Part shown: piece after piece, positions 9,924-20,073 of the stretch
Layout: every line of letters starts with the position of its first letter
How positions within the stretch are numbered: the stretch's first letter is position 1
Assembly (NCBI GenBank): GCA_964473455.1
Contig: CAYYQX010000004.1
Location: 27,965-91,964 of the forward strand
DNA from: an uncultured Muribaculaceae bacterium
GTDB taxonomy: Bacteria; Bacillota_I; Bacilli_A; RF39; UBA660
Length of the DNA stretch: 64,000 nucleotides
Direction of reading: 5' to 3'
The notes under the pieces: model-generated
What the model was told of the DNA's origin: nothing
Databases searched by the model: none
Seen by the model: only the letters and a program-made list of their open reading frames with translations
Translations under genes and position numbers: made by a program

Positions 9924-10983
9924 AATCAAAACCTTTGAAGATAGAAAAAAAGAACTAATTAAAATTGGACAAATAAATGGATTTATTACATACGAAGATT
10001 TAGCAAAAAAATTAAAAGGCTTAGAGCTTGATTCAGACGAACTAGATGATTTATATAATTCTCTTAGAGAAAATGATATAGAAATAAAGGCCGAAGAGGA
10101 AGATGACGGGAAACCTTTGGTTTTAGAGGATAATATTCTTACAAAAGATTTAACTATAAATGACCCGGTTAGAATGTATTTGAAAGAAATTGGCCAAATA
10201 AAATTATTAACGACCGAAGAAGAATTAAATTTAGCAGATCGAATAATAAAAGGGGAACAACGCGCAAAAGACATCCTAGCAGAGTCCAACTTAAGACTTG
10301 TTGTTAGTATTGCCAAACGTTATGTTGGAAGAGGAATGCTTTTTCTAGATTTGATTCAAGAAGGAAACATAGGGCTTATGAAAGCCGTTGAAAAATTTGA
10401 TGTTTCTAAAGGATACAAATTTAGTACATATGCCACATGGTGGATAAGACAAGCAATTACAAGAGCTATCGCAGATCAAGCAAGAACAATTAGAGTTCCT
10501 GTTCACATGGTAGAAACTATTAATAAATTAGCTAGAATCCAAAGACAAATGACTTTAGAGTTAAATAGGGAACCAACAGAAGAAGAACTTGCTAAAAAAA
10601 TGGAAACTTCTGTTGAAAAAATACGAGAAATATTTAAAGTTAGTCAAGATCCAGTAAGTTTAGAAACACCAATTGGTGAAGAAGACGACACTCACTTGGC
10701 TGATTTTATTCCTGATGAAAGAAATACTAGCCCGGAAGATTTTACCATAAATGAATTATTAAAGGATGAAATATCAGATGTTTTGTTAACTTTAACTGAA
10801 AGAGAAGAAAAGGTTATTCGTCTTCGTTTTGGTCTAGATGATGGAAAACCTATGACATTAGAAGAGGTAGGACAACTATTTGGGGTTACAAGAGAAAGAA
10901 TTAGGCAAATTGAAGCTAAAGCCCTAAGAAAACTAAAACATCCGTCAAGAAGTAGAAAACTTAAAGATTATTTATCTAGTTAA
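9913..10983 (+). CDS. sigA: RNA polymerase primary sigma factor (sigma-70/SigA)
   Basis: Region 2 [18 protein letters not shown] and [32 protein letters not shown]. Region 4 [15 protein letters not shown]. Overlaps the dnaG end by 11 nt. Confidence 0.95.
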   Translation: MINEIKTFEDRKKELIKIGQINGFITYEDLAKKLKGLELDSDELDDLYNSLRENDIEIKAEEEDDGKPLVLEDNILTKDLTINDPVRMYLKEIGQIKLLTTEEELNLADRIIKGEQRAKDILAESNLRLVVSIAKRYVGRGMLFLDLIQEGNIGLMKAVEKFDVSKGYKFSTYATWWIRQAITRAIADQARTIRVPVHMVETINKLARIQRQMTLELNREPTEEELAKKMETSVEKIREIFKVSQDPVSLETPIGEEDDTHLADFIPDERNTSPEDFTINELLKDEISDVLLTLTEREEKVIRLRFGLDDGKPMTLEEVGQLFGVTRERIRQIEAKALRKLKHPSRSRKLKDYLSS

Positions 10984-10997
10984 ATAATCTTTTTTTT
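10966..10997 (+). terminator. Rho-independent terminator at the sigA 3' end
   Basis: gattattta-tctagt-taaataatc perfect 9-bp stem followed by tttttttt. Confidence 0.75.
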
Positions 10998-11070
10998 GTC
11001 AGTTTCAAAACTATTTTCTTAATTTATAAAATATGTTATACTAATTAAGAATAATAAAGGAGGATTTCTA

Positions 11071-13065
11071 ATGAAAAACATTTTGCGCATATTTTATAAA
11101 ATTATTAGATTTCCCCTATTAGTTATAAGGTTATTTTTCTTAGGAATTTTTAAAACTTTAAAAACATTTAGCGAATTAATTTATAATACTATAAAGTATT
11201 TTATCTATGGAGTAGTTTTTATTTCACACATCCTATATAGTATTATAAGTAAATTTATAAAGTATTTTACTTATGGAATAGTTTACATATTTGTCGTAAT
11301 GTATGTTTTATTTAAAAAAACAGGGCAATATTTATTATATTCTTTGGTTGTACTTAGTTTTATATTTTATAAAATTATTAAATACTTTTTATATGGAACT
11401 TACTTTCCGTTTGTTTTTGTTGTTGAAAAAAAACGCATAATTAGTGATAAAAACAGAGCTAAAAAAGAAAAGTTAAGAATAGAAAAAATAAAAGCTAAAA
11501 TAGAAAAGAAAGCTCAAAGACAAAGACAAGAAGAAGCAAGAGTAATAGAAAAAACAAGAATTTTAGATAAGAAAAAAGAGCTTAGAGACCAAGAGAAAAA
11601 AAGAAAACAGAGTCTTGAATTTATTAATGAAAATGTTTCAATAGAAGACATAGGCTTTAAATATAGATTGAAACAAGCATCTAATGTCTTTAATAACTTA
11701 CCTGAAAAGATCAAAAAGAAGTTAAAAAGCTGGTATGAAAATTTATCTTTCATCAAAGCTAGAAAGAACCGTTTTGATATAGAAAGACAAGAACTTCTAA
11801 TTAATTTTGAAGGTGAAGACGCTGTTAAGAGTACTAGAAAAATCCCATACGAGTATGTTGTTAAAACAAGTGATGGAAAAATCATTAGAGGGCATTATGA
11901 AGCTTTTTCAAAAGTCGAAGTTCACTCGTTTTTACTAAGTGAAAACTATGTTGTTTATAGTATAAAAACTTCACGTTGGATTCAGATAAAATATGGCAGA
12001 AAAGCAAATTCGAGAATGAAATTTAAAGTAAAAGATTTAGTTTTCTTTTTGACACAATTGTCAACATATATTAAATCGGGTATAACATTAGTTGAAGCTC
12101 TTAGAATTTTATCAAGACAATATAAAAATAAGCAATATAAGCAAGCAATTAGAAACATTATTTATGAGCTTACAATGGGTGAGAATTTTAGTAATGCGAT
12201 GGAAAAACAAGGAATGGCTTTTCCAAAACTACTTATCAACATGGTAAAAGCGTCTGAAATGACAGGGGAACTTCCAGAAGCTCTTGATGATATGGCTGAT
12301 TATTATACAGAGGCGGATAAAACAAGAAAACAAATGATAACAGCTATGACATACCCAGTTATAATTTTTGTTTTAGCTACTGCAGTTATCGTCTTTGTTC
12401 TATTATATGTAGTTCCAAAATTTACTGATATTTATTCTTCAATGGAAGGAACACAAATACCTGACTTTACAAAATTTGTAATGAATGCTAGTGCGTTTAT
12501 TAAAGAAAACGTTTTAAAAATACTTATAGTATTAGTAGTTTTATTAATAGCTGCTAGATATTTATACATATATATAAAATCATTTAAGACTATGATTCAA
12601 TGGATATTAATGCATATTCCGGTATTTGGAAATGTTATCATTTATAATGAAGTAACAATGTTTACTAAAACTTTTGCTTCTCTTTTAAAACACAACGTAT
12701 TTATTACTGAAAGTATGGAAATATTAACAAAGCTAACAAGCAATGAAATTTACAAAATGATAATATTAGATACTATTTCCAACTTAGCTCACGGAGATAA
12801 ATTGTCTTTATCATTTAAAAATCATTGGGCTTTTCCAATTCCAGCGTATGAAATGCTAGTAACGGGGGAAAAGACAGGAGAGTTGCCTGAAATGATGGCA
12901 AAAGTATCTTCATATTACCAGGAGTTACACAAAAACTCTGTGACTAGAATAAAAACTTTTGTTGAGCCAATATTAATTATATTTTTAACAGTTGTTGTTG
13001 GAGCAATTATTCTAGCTATAGTATTGCCGATGTTTAGCTTATATCAACAAGTTCAAGGCATGTAG
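11071..13065 (+). CDS. Type II secretion / type IV pilus platform protein (GspF/PilC/ComGB family) with an unusual ~300-aa N-terminal membrane plus coiled-coil extension
   Basis: The C-terminal ~350 aa carry two T2SSF repeats (FKVKDLVFFLTQLSTYIKSGITLVEALRIL...; ...LLKHNVFITESMEILTK...). The N-terminal region has 4 TM helices with a thrice-repeated IKYF(I/L)YG motif, then a K/E/R-rich coiled coil. Confidence 0.7.
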   Translation: MKNILRIFYKIIRFPLLVIRLFFLGIFKTLKTFSELIYNTIKYFIYGVVFISHILYSIISKFIKYFTYGIVYIFVVMYVLFKKTGQYLLYSLVVLSFIFYKIIKYFLYGTYFPFVFVVEKKRIISDKNRAKKEKLRIEKIKAKIEKKAQRQRQEEARVIEKTRILDKKKELRDQEKKRKQSLEFINENVSIEDIGFKYRLKQASNVFNNLPEKIKKKLKSWYENLSFIKARKNRFDIERQELLINFEGEDAVKSTRKIPYEYVVKTSDGKIIRGHYEAFSKVEVHSFLLSENYVVYSIKTSRWIQIKYGRKANSRMKFKVKDLVFFLTQLSTYIKSGITLVEALRILSRQYKNKQYKQAIRNIIYELTMGENFSNAMEKQGMAFPKLLINMVKASEMTGELPEALDDMADYYTEADKTRKQMITAMTYPVIIFVLATAVIVFVLLYVVPKFTDIYSSMEGTQIPDFTKFVMNASAFIKENVLKILIVLVVLLIAARYLYIYIKSFKTMIQWILMHIPVFGNVIIYNEVTMFTKTFASLLKHNVFITESMEILTKLTSNEIYKMIILDTISNLAHGDKLSLSFKNHWAFPIPAYEMLVTGEKTGELPEMMAKVSSYYQELHKNSVTRIKTFVEPILIIFLTVVVGAIILAIVLPMFSLYQQVQGM

Positions 13066-13079
13066 TAAGGGGATAGAAA

Positions 13080-13847
13080 ATGAATACGATATATACGATT
13101 TACTTTTTTATACTTGGGATTGTTTTTGGTTCATTCTTCAATGTTGTAGGCTATAGGCTTCCAAAAGAACAGTCTATCGTAAATCCTCCATCTCACTGCC
13201 CAAAGTGTAATCATAAATTGAAATTTTTGGAATTAATTCCAATTTTTTCTTTTTTAATTCAAGGTGGAAAGTGTAGAAATTGTAAACAAAAGATATCTTG
13301 GTTTTATACGATATTTGAACTTTTAACAGGTGTTTTATTTGCTTTAGCCTATCTAAGATTTGGAATATCTAATGAGTTAATCACAGCGCTTGTCTTTATT
13401 TCTATGTCCATAATAATTATAATAAGCGACTATCAAACATTTATTATTCCTGATGAGATTTTGGTTTTTGCAGGATGTTTTTTCTTAACATTTATTCTAG
13501 TTAATTCAGGTGTTGATCAATTTTTAATTTCTTTATTATCGGGAATTATATCTTTTCTTATAATGTATGCTTTAAAGAAAGTAGGAGACTTGTCTTTTAA
13601 AAAAGAATCTATGGGTGGTGGGGACTTAAAACTAATGTTTATCTTTGGTATTGTTTTTGGTTACCAGCTTTCTATTGTAGTCTTGTTTTTGGCTTCCATA
13701 ATTGGTCTTCCAATATCTATTATTATATTAAAAATTAAAAAAACGAATATTATTCCATTTGGTCCGTTTTTATGTATTGCTGCGCTTATTTTGTTGTTTT
13801 TCAACTTTAATTTTAACGATTTAATTAACTACCTTTTTTACTCTTAA
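13080..13847 (+). CDS. Prepilin peptidase (A24 family, PilD/ComC)
   Basis: N-terminal zinc tetracysteine CPKC...CRNC. Multi-TM. Aspartate-containing motifs (IIISDYQTFIIPDE; GGGDLKLM). Sits directly downstream of the PilC-like gene. Confidence 0.85.
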   Translation: MNTIYTIYFFILGIVFGSFFNVVGYRLPKEQSIVNPPSHCPKCNHKLKFLELIPIFSFLIQGGKCRNCKQKISWFYTIFELLTGVLFALAYLRFGISNELITALVFISMSIIIIISDYQTFIIPDEILVFAGCFFLTFILVNSGVDQFLISLLSGIISFLIMYALKKVGDLSFKKESMGGGDLKLMFIFGIVFGYQLSIVVLFLASIIGLPISIIILKIKKTNIIPFGPFLCIAALILLFFNFNFNDLINYLFYS

Positions 13848-13848
13848 G

Positions 13849-13880
13849 AAAAAACTAGATTTTTCTAGTTTTTTGTTTTA
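13849..13880 (+). terminator. Rho-independent terminator after the prepilin peptidase gene
   Basis: aaaactag-attttt-ctagtttt hairpin plus T-run. Confidence 0.7.
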
Positions 13881-13908
13881 CAATATTAATTGTTGTAAAA
13901 CATTTTAT

Positions 13909-13985
13909 GTCCTTGTAACTCAGTTGGATAGAGTATCCCCCTCCTAAGGGGAAAGTCGGCAGTTCAAATCCGCCCAAGGACACCA
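13909..13985 (+). tRNA. tRNA-Arg (anticodon CCT)
   Basis: Acceptor gtccttg/caaggac, D-arm, anticodon stem tcccc/gggga with loop ctcctaa (CCT), T-loop ttcaaat, 3' CCA encoded. Confidence 0.85.
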
Positions 13986-14027
13986 AAAATTTGTATTTAT
14001 TAGATATAAAAACAGGGAGGTTTTAAG

Positions 14028-14600
14028 ATGATTACAATAGAACTATTAAAAAGAGAAAGTTTTGGAGACGGCAGCTGTGATGCAACTTATGGTATTAATA
14101 GTGAAACAGTCACTTGCCGAGTAGATAATTTTTCGGTAGACCCAATATCAGTTTTAACTTATGTATTAGATAAAAAAAACATTGGCTATTGTGTAGAACA
14201 AAATAACGAAAAATTGTATCCTTGGAAAGTAAAAAGAATATTTATAAATACCGAAGATAAAAAATATATAATAATCCTTTTACAAACAATTATGATTGAT
14301 AGATGTATACCAAATGTTTCTGCACCTGAAAGAAGGGGATGGCCTCGCTTTGTGAATGGCGTTTATAACATACCTTTAGATGAAGCGGTTTCTATATCTG
14401 AGCAGCTTTTACCTTTTCCAGCAACACTTGAGGAGCAAGAAGAAGCTTTAAAAAAGCAAAAGGAAGGTAAAATTATACATTTGGAGTATACGCCATCTTA
14501 TGTTTATAGGTTAAGACAGCATTCAATAGTAAGAGCTTGTGGGAACTGTTACTCGTTACATACTGATGATCCAAAAGTGAACACACTAATAAAGAAATAG
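14028..14600 (+). CDS. Hypothetical protein (190 aa), tRNA-adjacent
   Basis: Strong RBS gggagg. Locally higher GC than its surroundings. No recognisable domain. Followed by an aatgtac...gtacatt hairpin terminator (~14625-14650). Confidence 0.5.
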   Translation: MITIELLKRESFGDGSCDATYGINSETVTCRVDNFSVDPISVLTYVLDKKNIGYCVEQNNEKLYPWKVKRIFINTEDKKYIIILLQTIMIDRCIPNVSAPERRGWPRFVNGVYNIPLDEAVSISEQLLPFPATLEEQEEALKKQKEGKIIHLEYTPSYVYRLRQHSIVRACGNCYSLHTDDPKVNTLIKK

Positions 14601-14703
14601 TGGTGTCAAACTAGATGCAACTAAATGTACAATAGTACATTTTTTGTTTGAAAAACAGTAAAAATATATTATAATATAGTTGCTTAGATTAGGAAGTGTA
14701 TTT

Positions 14704-15648
14704 ATGGAAAAAATTAGTATTGTAGTCCCTTGCTATAATGAAGAAGAAACAATAGATATTTTTTATGAAGAAATAAGTAAAATTATCAAAAAAATGAAGA
14801 AAGTTTCTTTTGAACTTGTTTTTGTAGATGATGGCTCAAAAGATAAGACTCTTGACAAATTAAAGCTTTTGGCAAAAAAAGATAAAATAGTAAAGTTTAT
14901 CTCTTTTTCAAGAAACTTTGGCAAAGAAGCCGGAATATTTGCCGGATTTGAGTACGCTACAGGAGACTATATAGCTACAATGGACGTTGATTTACAAGAT
15001 CCTCCTTATTTATTAGAAGAAATGTATGAAACTATTAAGCAAGGCGAATTTGACTGTATAGGAACAAGAAGCATTAGTAGAAATGGCTATTCTTTTTTAA
15101 GAAAAATATACACCAAATGGTTTTATAAACTTATTAGTAAAATGTCTAAAACTACAATGGTTGATGGAGCCAGAGACTTTAGGCTTATGACTAGACAAAT
15201 GGTTAATGCGATACTATCTATGAAAGAATATAACAGATATTCTAAAGGGATATTTGCTTGGGTGGGTTTTAAAACCAAATGGATTACCTTTGAAAATCAA
15301 GATAGAGTTGCTGGAACAACCAAATGGAACTTCTTTTCTCTTTTTGGTTACGCGATAGACGGAATTGTAGGATTTTCGACAAAACCTCTTTTGATTTCAG
15401 CTTTTTTAGGAATAATTTTATTCCTTTTAGCTTTTATTTTCGTGATAGTAATTATAGTTAAGACAATTTGTCTTGGCGACCCAGTAGGCGGTTGGCCAAG
15501 CCTTGCATGTATTATTTTATTTATTGGCGGCGCTCAGTTATTTTGCCTTGGAATAGTAGGAGAGTATTTAGCAAAAACATATTTAGAAACAAAAAAAAGA
15601 CCAATCTATATTATTAAGGAAACAGAAAATGGTAAAAAAATATTATAA
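14704..15648 (+). CDS. GT2 family polyprenyl-phosphate glycosyltransferase (GtrB/CsbB/DPM1-like)
   Basis: SIVVPCYNEE...VFVDDGSKD...DVDLQDPP (DXD) motifs and two C-terminal TM helices. I chose the ATG at 14704 (RBS aggaag) rather than the TTG at 14680 in the ORF track. Confidence 0.8.
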   Translation: MEKISIVVPCYNEEETIDIFYEEISKIIKKMKKVSFELVFVDDGSKDKTLDKLKLLAKKDKIVKFISFSRNFGKEAGIFAGFEYATGDYIATMDVDLQDPPYLLEEMYETIKQGEFDCIGTRSISRNGYSFLRKIYTKWFYKLISKMSKTTMVDGARDFRLMTRQMVNAILSMKEYNRYSKGIFAWVGFKTKWITFENQDRVAGTTKWNFFSLFGYAIDGIVGFSTKPLLISAFLGIILFLLAFIFVIVIIVKTICLGDPVGGWPSLACIILFIGGAQLFCLGIVGEYLAKTYLETKKRPIYIIKETENGKKIL

Positions 15649-16042
15649 AAAATATGAAGAACTTATAAAATATTTAATATTTGGAGTTTTAACTACTCTT
15701 GTTAGTTTAGGAGTATATTATTTGTGTACTCTTTCTTTTTTGTCTGCAGATAATCCTTTTGAACTACAAATCGCCAATATTATTTCTTTTGTAATAGCGG
15801 TAACTTTTGCTTATATTACAAATAGAAAATATGTTTTTAAAAGCAAAACAAAAAACATTGTCAAAGAAGTTTCAAGTTTTTTTTCTTCAAGAATAGTTGT
15901 TTTAATATTTGATATGCTTTTTATGTTTGTATTTGTAACAGTTCTTAAACTAAATGATCAAGTAATAAAAATAGTTGACCAAGTTTTTATAATTGTTTTA
16001 AACTATATATTAAGTAAATTTCTAGTTTTTAGAAGGAAATGA
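15629..16042 (+). CDS. GtrA-family small membrane protein (putative lipid-linked sugar flippase)
   Basis: 137 aa with 4 TM helices. The YLIFGVLTTLVSLGVYYL pattern is typical of GtrA (PF04138). Overlaps the GT2 gene. Confidence 0.7.
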   Translation: MVKKYYKKYEELIKYLIFGVLTTLVSLGVYYLCTLSFLSADNPFELQIANIISFVIAVTFAYITNRKYVFKSKTKNIVKEVSSFFSSRIVVLIFDMLFMFVFVTVLKLNDQVIKIVDQVFIIVLNYILSKFLVFRRK

Positions 16043-16620
16043 GTATGATAGAAGATATAAAAGGGTTTGCAAAAGCAAATAAGATTCCAATTATGGAAGA
16101 AGAAGGTATTTTGTTTTTAACTAAATACATAAAAGAAAACAAAATTTCAAGCATACTAGAAATAGGGACCGCAATAGGGTATTCTTCTATTAAAATGGCT
16201 CTAGTTGATAAAGACATTAAAATAGTAACTCTTGAAAGAGATGTAGAAAGATACAGGTTGGCTCAAAAAAACATTAATGATTTAAATTTAAGCAATCAAA
16301 TTGAAGTGATAAACGAAGATGCTTTGGAGTATACTACAAGCAGTACTTTTGATTTAATTTTTATTGATGCGGCTAAAAGCCAGTCATTAAAGTTTTTTGA
16401 AAAGTTCAAAAACAATTTAAATAACAAAGGAACAATAATAACTGATAATATCTATTTTCACGGTTTGACATATAGTAGTGAACTCTTATCTAGAAATTTA
16501 AGAGGGATGACAAGAAAGATAAGAGAATATGTTGAATTTTTAAAAAACAATGAAGAATTCGAAACGGAAATATTAAATATAGGAGATGGACTGGCTGTTA
16601 GTAAAAGGAGGAAAGTGTGA
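16039..16620 (+). CDS. trmR: Class I SAM-dependent O-methyltransferase (family 3), probably tRNA 5-hydroxyuridine methyltransferase TrmR/YrrM
   Basis: ILEIGTAIGYS SAM-binding motif and FDLIFIDAAK. Followed, as in the B. subtilis yrrM-yrrN-yrrO cluster, by two U32 peptidase genes. Confidence 0.65.
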   Translation: MSMIEDIKGFAKANKIPIMEEEGILFLTKYIKENKISSILEIGTAIGYSSIKMALVDKDIKIVTLERDVERYRLAQKNINDLNLSNQIEVINEDALEYTTSSTFDLIFIDAAKSQSLKFFEKFKNNLNNKGTIITDNIYFHGLTYSSELLSRNLRGMTRKIREYVEFLKNNEEFETEILNIGDGLAVSKRRKV

Positions 16621-18038
16621 AAAAGAAACATATAATTTTATTGATTTTAGGAGCTCTTTTTTTATTGTCAGTTTCTTTTCACAATAACCTATGGTTTGAT
16701 GAAGCATATACAGTAGCCTTGGTTCAACACAACCTTTTTGATATGGTAAAAATATCTATAGGTGATGTTCACCCGCCTCTTTACTATGTATTATTGAAAT
16801 TATTTACGTTGGTTTTTTCAAATAGTATTATCGCCTTAAGAATCTTCTCGGCTTTAGGAATGATTACTCTTTCGGTTATAGGTTATACACATATAAGAAA
16901 AATATTTAATGAAAAAATAGGAATTATTTTTAGTTTTCTAACTATTTTTACGCCAATAATATTAAGTTATAGTAATGAGATTAGAATGTATTCTTGGGTA
17001 GCTGTATTTGTTTTAATGAGTGGAATATATGCTTATTTAATATCACTTAAACAAAGTAAAAAAAATCTAATTTTATTTTTGATTTTCAGTTTACTTGCCG
17101 CTTATACTCATCATTATGGTTTAATTAGTATAGTTGTTATAAATGTTATATTGATGATGGACATATTAAAAAACAAAAAAGAGATTAAAAAATGGTTAAT
17201 AATGGCAATTTCCGAAGTAATATTGTTCATTCCGGGTATTATTATTTTTCTTTCACAAGCAACAAATGTCGCCAAAGAATTTTGGATTAGGGTAGCTTAT
17301 CCTGATGTTTTCTTTGATATTTTAAAGTTCAATCTTATAGGATCAATAGAAAATAAAATAATAGATATATTTGTTATTATATTCGCTGTTTTAACACTAG
17401 TATATCTAATAATAAAACTTAAACAAAATTATCAAAACCGTAATCCTTTCTTTTTAGGGTTAATAGTATACATAACAGTAATTTGTATATCTCTTTTACT
17501 TTCTATTATATCGGGAGTTTTTATTGCCAGATATACACTCCCTATGTTTGGTTTATTAACACTATTTATTTCTTATATTCTTTCACTAGAAAAGAAGAAG
17601 TATATTCGTGTTATAGTAGTAATGATTCTTTTGTCATTAAGCTTTATTAACGCATTTAACTTGTATAAAAACAATTACAACGAAAAAAACCAGGATTTAG
17701 AATTATTTTTTGAACAAGAGATTATGATAGAAGACGTTTTTGTATATAAAAATATTGGAATAGGGGCGATAGTAGCTGTTACTTGCCCAAACAACACGCA
17801 ATATTTTTACAATATGGAAAATTGGAATATTGATGAAGCATATAAGGCTTTTGGCCCACAAATGACCACAATTGAGAGCTTAGAAGAAATTAACTATGAT
17901 ACAATATGGGTAGTTGAAGAACAAGCGGGAATTCTATTAGATATATATTTAGAAGAAGGATACATAATAGAAGAACAACACACTATTCACCAACCTTATC
18001 AAGATGTTTATTTTGTATTTACTAAACTTACAAAATAG
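16617..18038 (+). CDS. GT-C family membrane glycosyltransferase (PMT_2/ArnT-like; GtrC-type partner of the GT2/GtrA pair)
   Basis: 473 aa, about 11 TM helices. N-terminal WFDEAYT acidic motif typical of GT-C (family 39/83) enzymes. GTG start after RBS aaggagga; overlaps trmR by 4 nt. Confidence 0.6.
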   Translation: MKKKHIILLILGALFLLSVSFHNNLWFDEAYTVALVQHNLFDMVKISIGDVHPPLYYVLLKLFTLVFSNSIIALRIFSALGMITLSVIGYTHIRKIFNEKIGIIFSFLTIFTPIILSYSNEIRMYSWVAVFVLMSGIYAYLISLKQSKKNLILFLIFSLLAAYTHHYGLISIVVINVILMMDILKNKKEIKKWLIMAISEVILFIPGIIIFLSQATNVAKEFWIRVAYPDVFFDILKFNLIGSIENKIIDIFVIIFAVLTLVYLIIKLKQNYQNRNPFFLGLIVYITVICISLLLSIISGVFIARYTLPMFGLLTLFISYILSLEKKKYIRVIVVMILLSLSFINAFNLYKNNYNEKNQDLELFFEQEIMIEDVFVYKNIGIGAIVAVTCPNNTQYFYNMENWNIDEAYKAFGPQMTTIESLEEINYDTIWVVEEQAGILLDIYLEEGYIIEEQHTIHQPYQDVYFVFTKLTK

Positions 18039-18049
18039 AAAGGACAGTT

Positions 18050-18898
18050 GTGAGAAAGATATTATTAGTTTTAAGTAATATTAAACAAATAAAAGAGACT
18101 GAAAAATTAGTTGATGGCTATATTATTCCGGTGAAAGATTTAGCTACCAATTATCTTTTTTATTTTCAAATGAAAGACATATTAAAATTAAAGCAAACAA
18201 CAAAAAAAGAAATTTTCATTTCTTTAAATAAAAATATGCATAACTGCGACATTAAATTTTTAAAAGAGATGTTATTAAAATTAAATAAACTAAATATAAA
18301 AGGAATTCTATATTACGATGTTGCTGTCTTAAATTTGGTACAAGAATTAAACTTAAAACTTAATTTAGTTTTTTCTCAAGAGCACGCTGTTGTTAATTCC
18401 AATATTATAAATTTCTATTACGATGAAGGTGTCAAGTATGCTTATTTATCTAGTGAACTAAATCAATTAGAAATAAAAAACATCATAAAAAACACCAAAA
18501 GCAAGCTTATGTTAAATATCTTTGGCTATACGCCTATATTTACATCTATTAGACCTCTAGTTGACAATTACTTAAAAAGCTTTGGTTTAAAAGATAAGTC
18601 AAAAGTAAATTATCTTTTAAGCAACGACAAAAAATATCCGATTGTTAGAGGTGAAAATACAACAATCTTTTCTGCCAATATACTAAACGGCTTAGAAGAG
18701 TTTTTGAAATTAGATGTTGCTTACTTTGTAGTTAACAGTTTTAATATTGAAGATAAAAAACTATTAGAAACATTAAAAATTTTTAAAAATATAAATAAAA
18801 ATAATTTAATGGAAGGTAATAAAAAACTAAATGAATTGTTTAACAATTTAGACAAAGCTTTTTTATACAAAAAAGCTACATATAAGGTGACAAAATGA
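18050..18898 (+). CDS. U32 family peptidase-like protein (YrrN/TrhP1-like, tRNA U34 hydroxylation)
   Basis: Family resemblance to U32 N-terminal domains. Sits directly before the YrrO-like paralogue and after trmR. Confidence 0.5.
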   Translation: MRKILLVLSNIKQIKETEKLVDGYIIPVKDLATNYLFYFQMKDILKLKQTTKKEIFISLNKNMHNCDIKFLKEMLLKLNKLNIKGILYYDVAVLNLVQELNLKLNLVFSQEHAVVNSNIINFYYDEGVKYAYLSSELNQLEIKNIIKNTKSKLMLNIFGYTPIFTSIRPLVDNYLKSFGLKDKSKVNYLLSNDKKYPIVRGENTTIFSANILNGLEEFLKLDVAYFVVNSFNIEDKKLLETLKIFKNINKNNLMEGNKKLNELFNNLDKAFLYKKATYKVTK

Positions 18899-20073
18899 GA
18901 GTAGAATTATTAGCGCCAGCTGGCGATTTTGAAAAATTAGTATGGGCTATTAATTATGGAGCGGATGCTGTTTATTTTGGTGGCTCAAAGTTTAATATGA
19001 GAGCTAACGCTAAAAACTTTACTATTAGTGAAATAAAAAAAAGTGTAGAATTTGCTCACAAAAAAGGCAAAAAAGTTTATGTTACGGTAAATGTCTTCAT
19101 GCACGATGAGGAAATAAAAAGCATTGTTGCCTATTTAAAAAAGCTAGAGAGCCTAAACGTAGATGCAGTAATTATTAGTGATCCAGCTATTATCAAAATA
19201 GCTAGAGAAAATACAAAACTAGATATTCATTTGTCAACGCAACAATCAACATTAAATTTTGAAGCAATAAAGTTTTGGAAAAAACAAGGTATTAAAAGAA
19301 TTATCCTTGGAAGAGAATTAAGTAAATCTGAAATAAAAGAAATTACTGACAAAACAGACATTGAAATTGAAACGTTTATTCATGGTTCGATGTGTGCAGG
19401 CTATAGTGGCAGATGTGTGTTATCAAATATATTTACAAATAGAGACGCAAATAGAGGAGGATGTGCGCAGGTATGTCGTTGGGATTTTACTCTTTTAGAT
19501 GAATTTAGTAATGCAATAAAAGCTGAGAAGCCTTTCTCTTTATGTGCCAAGGACTTGTCTTTATTAAAGGTGTTACCAGAAATGATAGAATCTGGTATAA
19601 CTAGTTTTAAAATAGAAGGTAGAATGCGTTCTATTTATTATATCGCAACCGTAGTTAGTACTTATAGAAAAGCAATCGATAATTATTATCAAAAAAGCTA
19701 CAAATATGATAAAAATTTACAAAAAACATTAGATAATTGTTCAAACAGAGATTCGATAGTCCAATTCTTTAATAAAAATATGGGCCCAGAATGCCAGTAT
19801 TACAACGGAAGAGAAGAACAATCAAATCAAGACTTTATTGGAGTGATTTTAGATTATAAAAATAATTTGGCAACTATCGAACAGAGAAATTATTTTGAAA
19901 AAGGAGATAAAGTTGAAGTATTTGGACCAAAAACGAATATTGAAATAGTAATAGATAAGATTTATGATGAAGAAAATAATTTGATAACTATTGTTAATCA
20001 TCCCCAACAGATTGTTAAGGTGGAAATAAAAGGCCTTGTATTTAAAGGAGATTTGTTAAGAATAAAAAAATAA
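18895..20073 (+). CDS. U32 family peptidase (YrrO/TrhP2-like)
   Basis: U32 signature ETFIHGSMCAGYSGRCVLS. N-terminus MRVELLAPAGDFEKLVWAINYGADAVYFGG is typical of U32 collagenase-like proteins. Confidence 0.75.
   Translation: MRVELLAPAGDFEKLVWAINYGADAVYFGGSKFNMRANAKNFTISEIKKSVEFAHKKGKKVYVTVNVFMHDEEIKSIVAYLKKLESLNVDAVIISDPAIIKIARENTKLDIHLSTQQSTLNFEAIKFWKKQGIKRIILGRELSKSEIKEITDKTDIEIETFIHGSMCAGYSGRCVLSNIFTNRDANRGGCAQVCRWDFTLLDEFSNAIKAEKPFSLCAKDLSLLKVLPEMIESGITSFKIEGRMRSIYYIATVVSTYRKAIDNYYQKSYKYDKNLQKTLDNCSNRDSIVQFFNKNMGPECQYYNGREEQSNQDFIGVILDYKNNLATIEQRNYFEKGDKVEVFGPKTNIEIVIDKIYDEENNLITIVNHPQQIVKVEIKGLVFKGDLLRIKK

Noticed and set aside
14680-14703. TTG start at 14680 for the GT2 gene, plus N-terminal extensions in the ORF track for lexA (30375), tkt (30648), nusA (26211), infB (27606), sepF (37289) and pdp (58747)
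   Set aside because: In each case an ATG with a well-spaced Shine-Dalgarno lies downstream, and the conserved protein N-terminus begins there. The extensions include the RBS itself.
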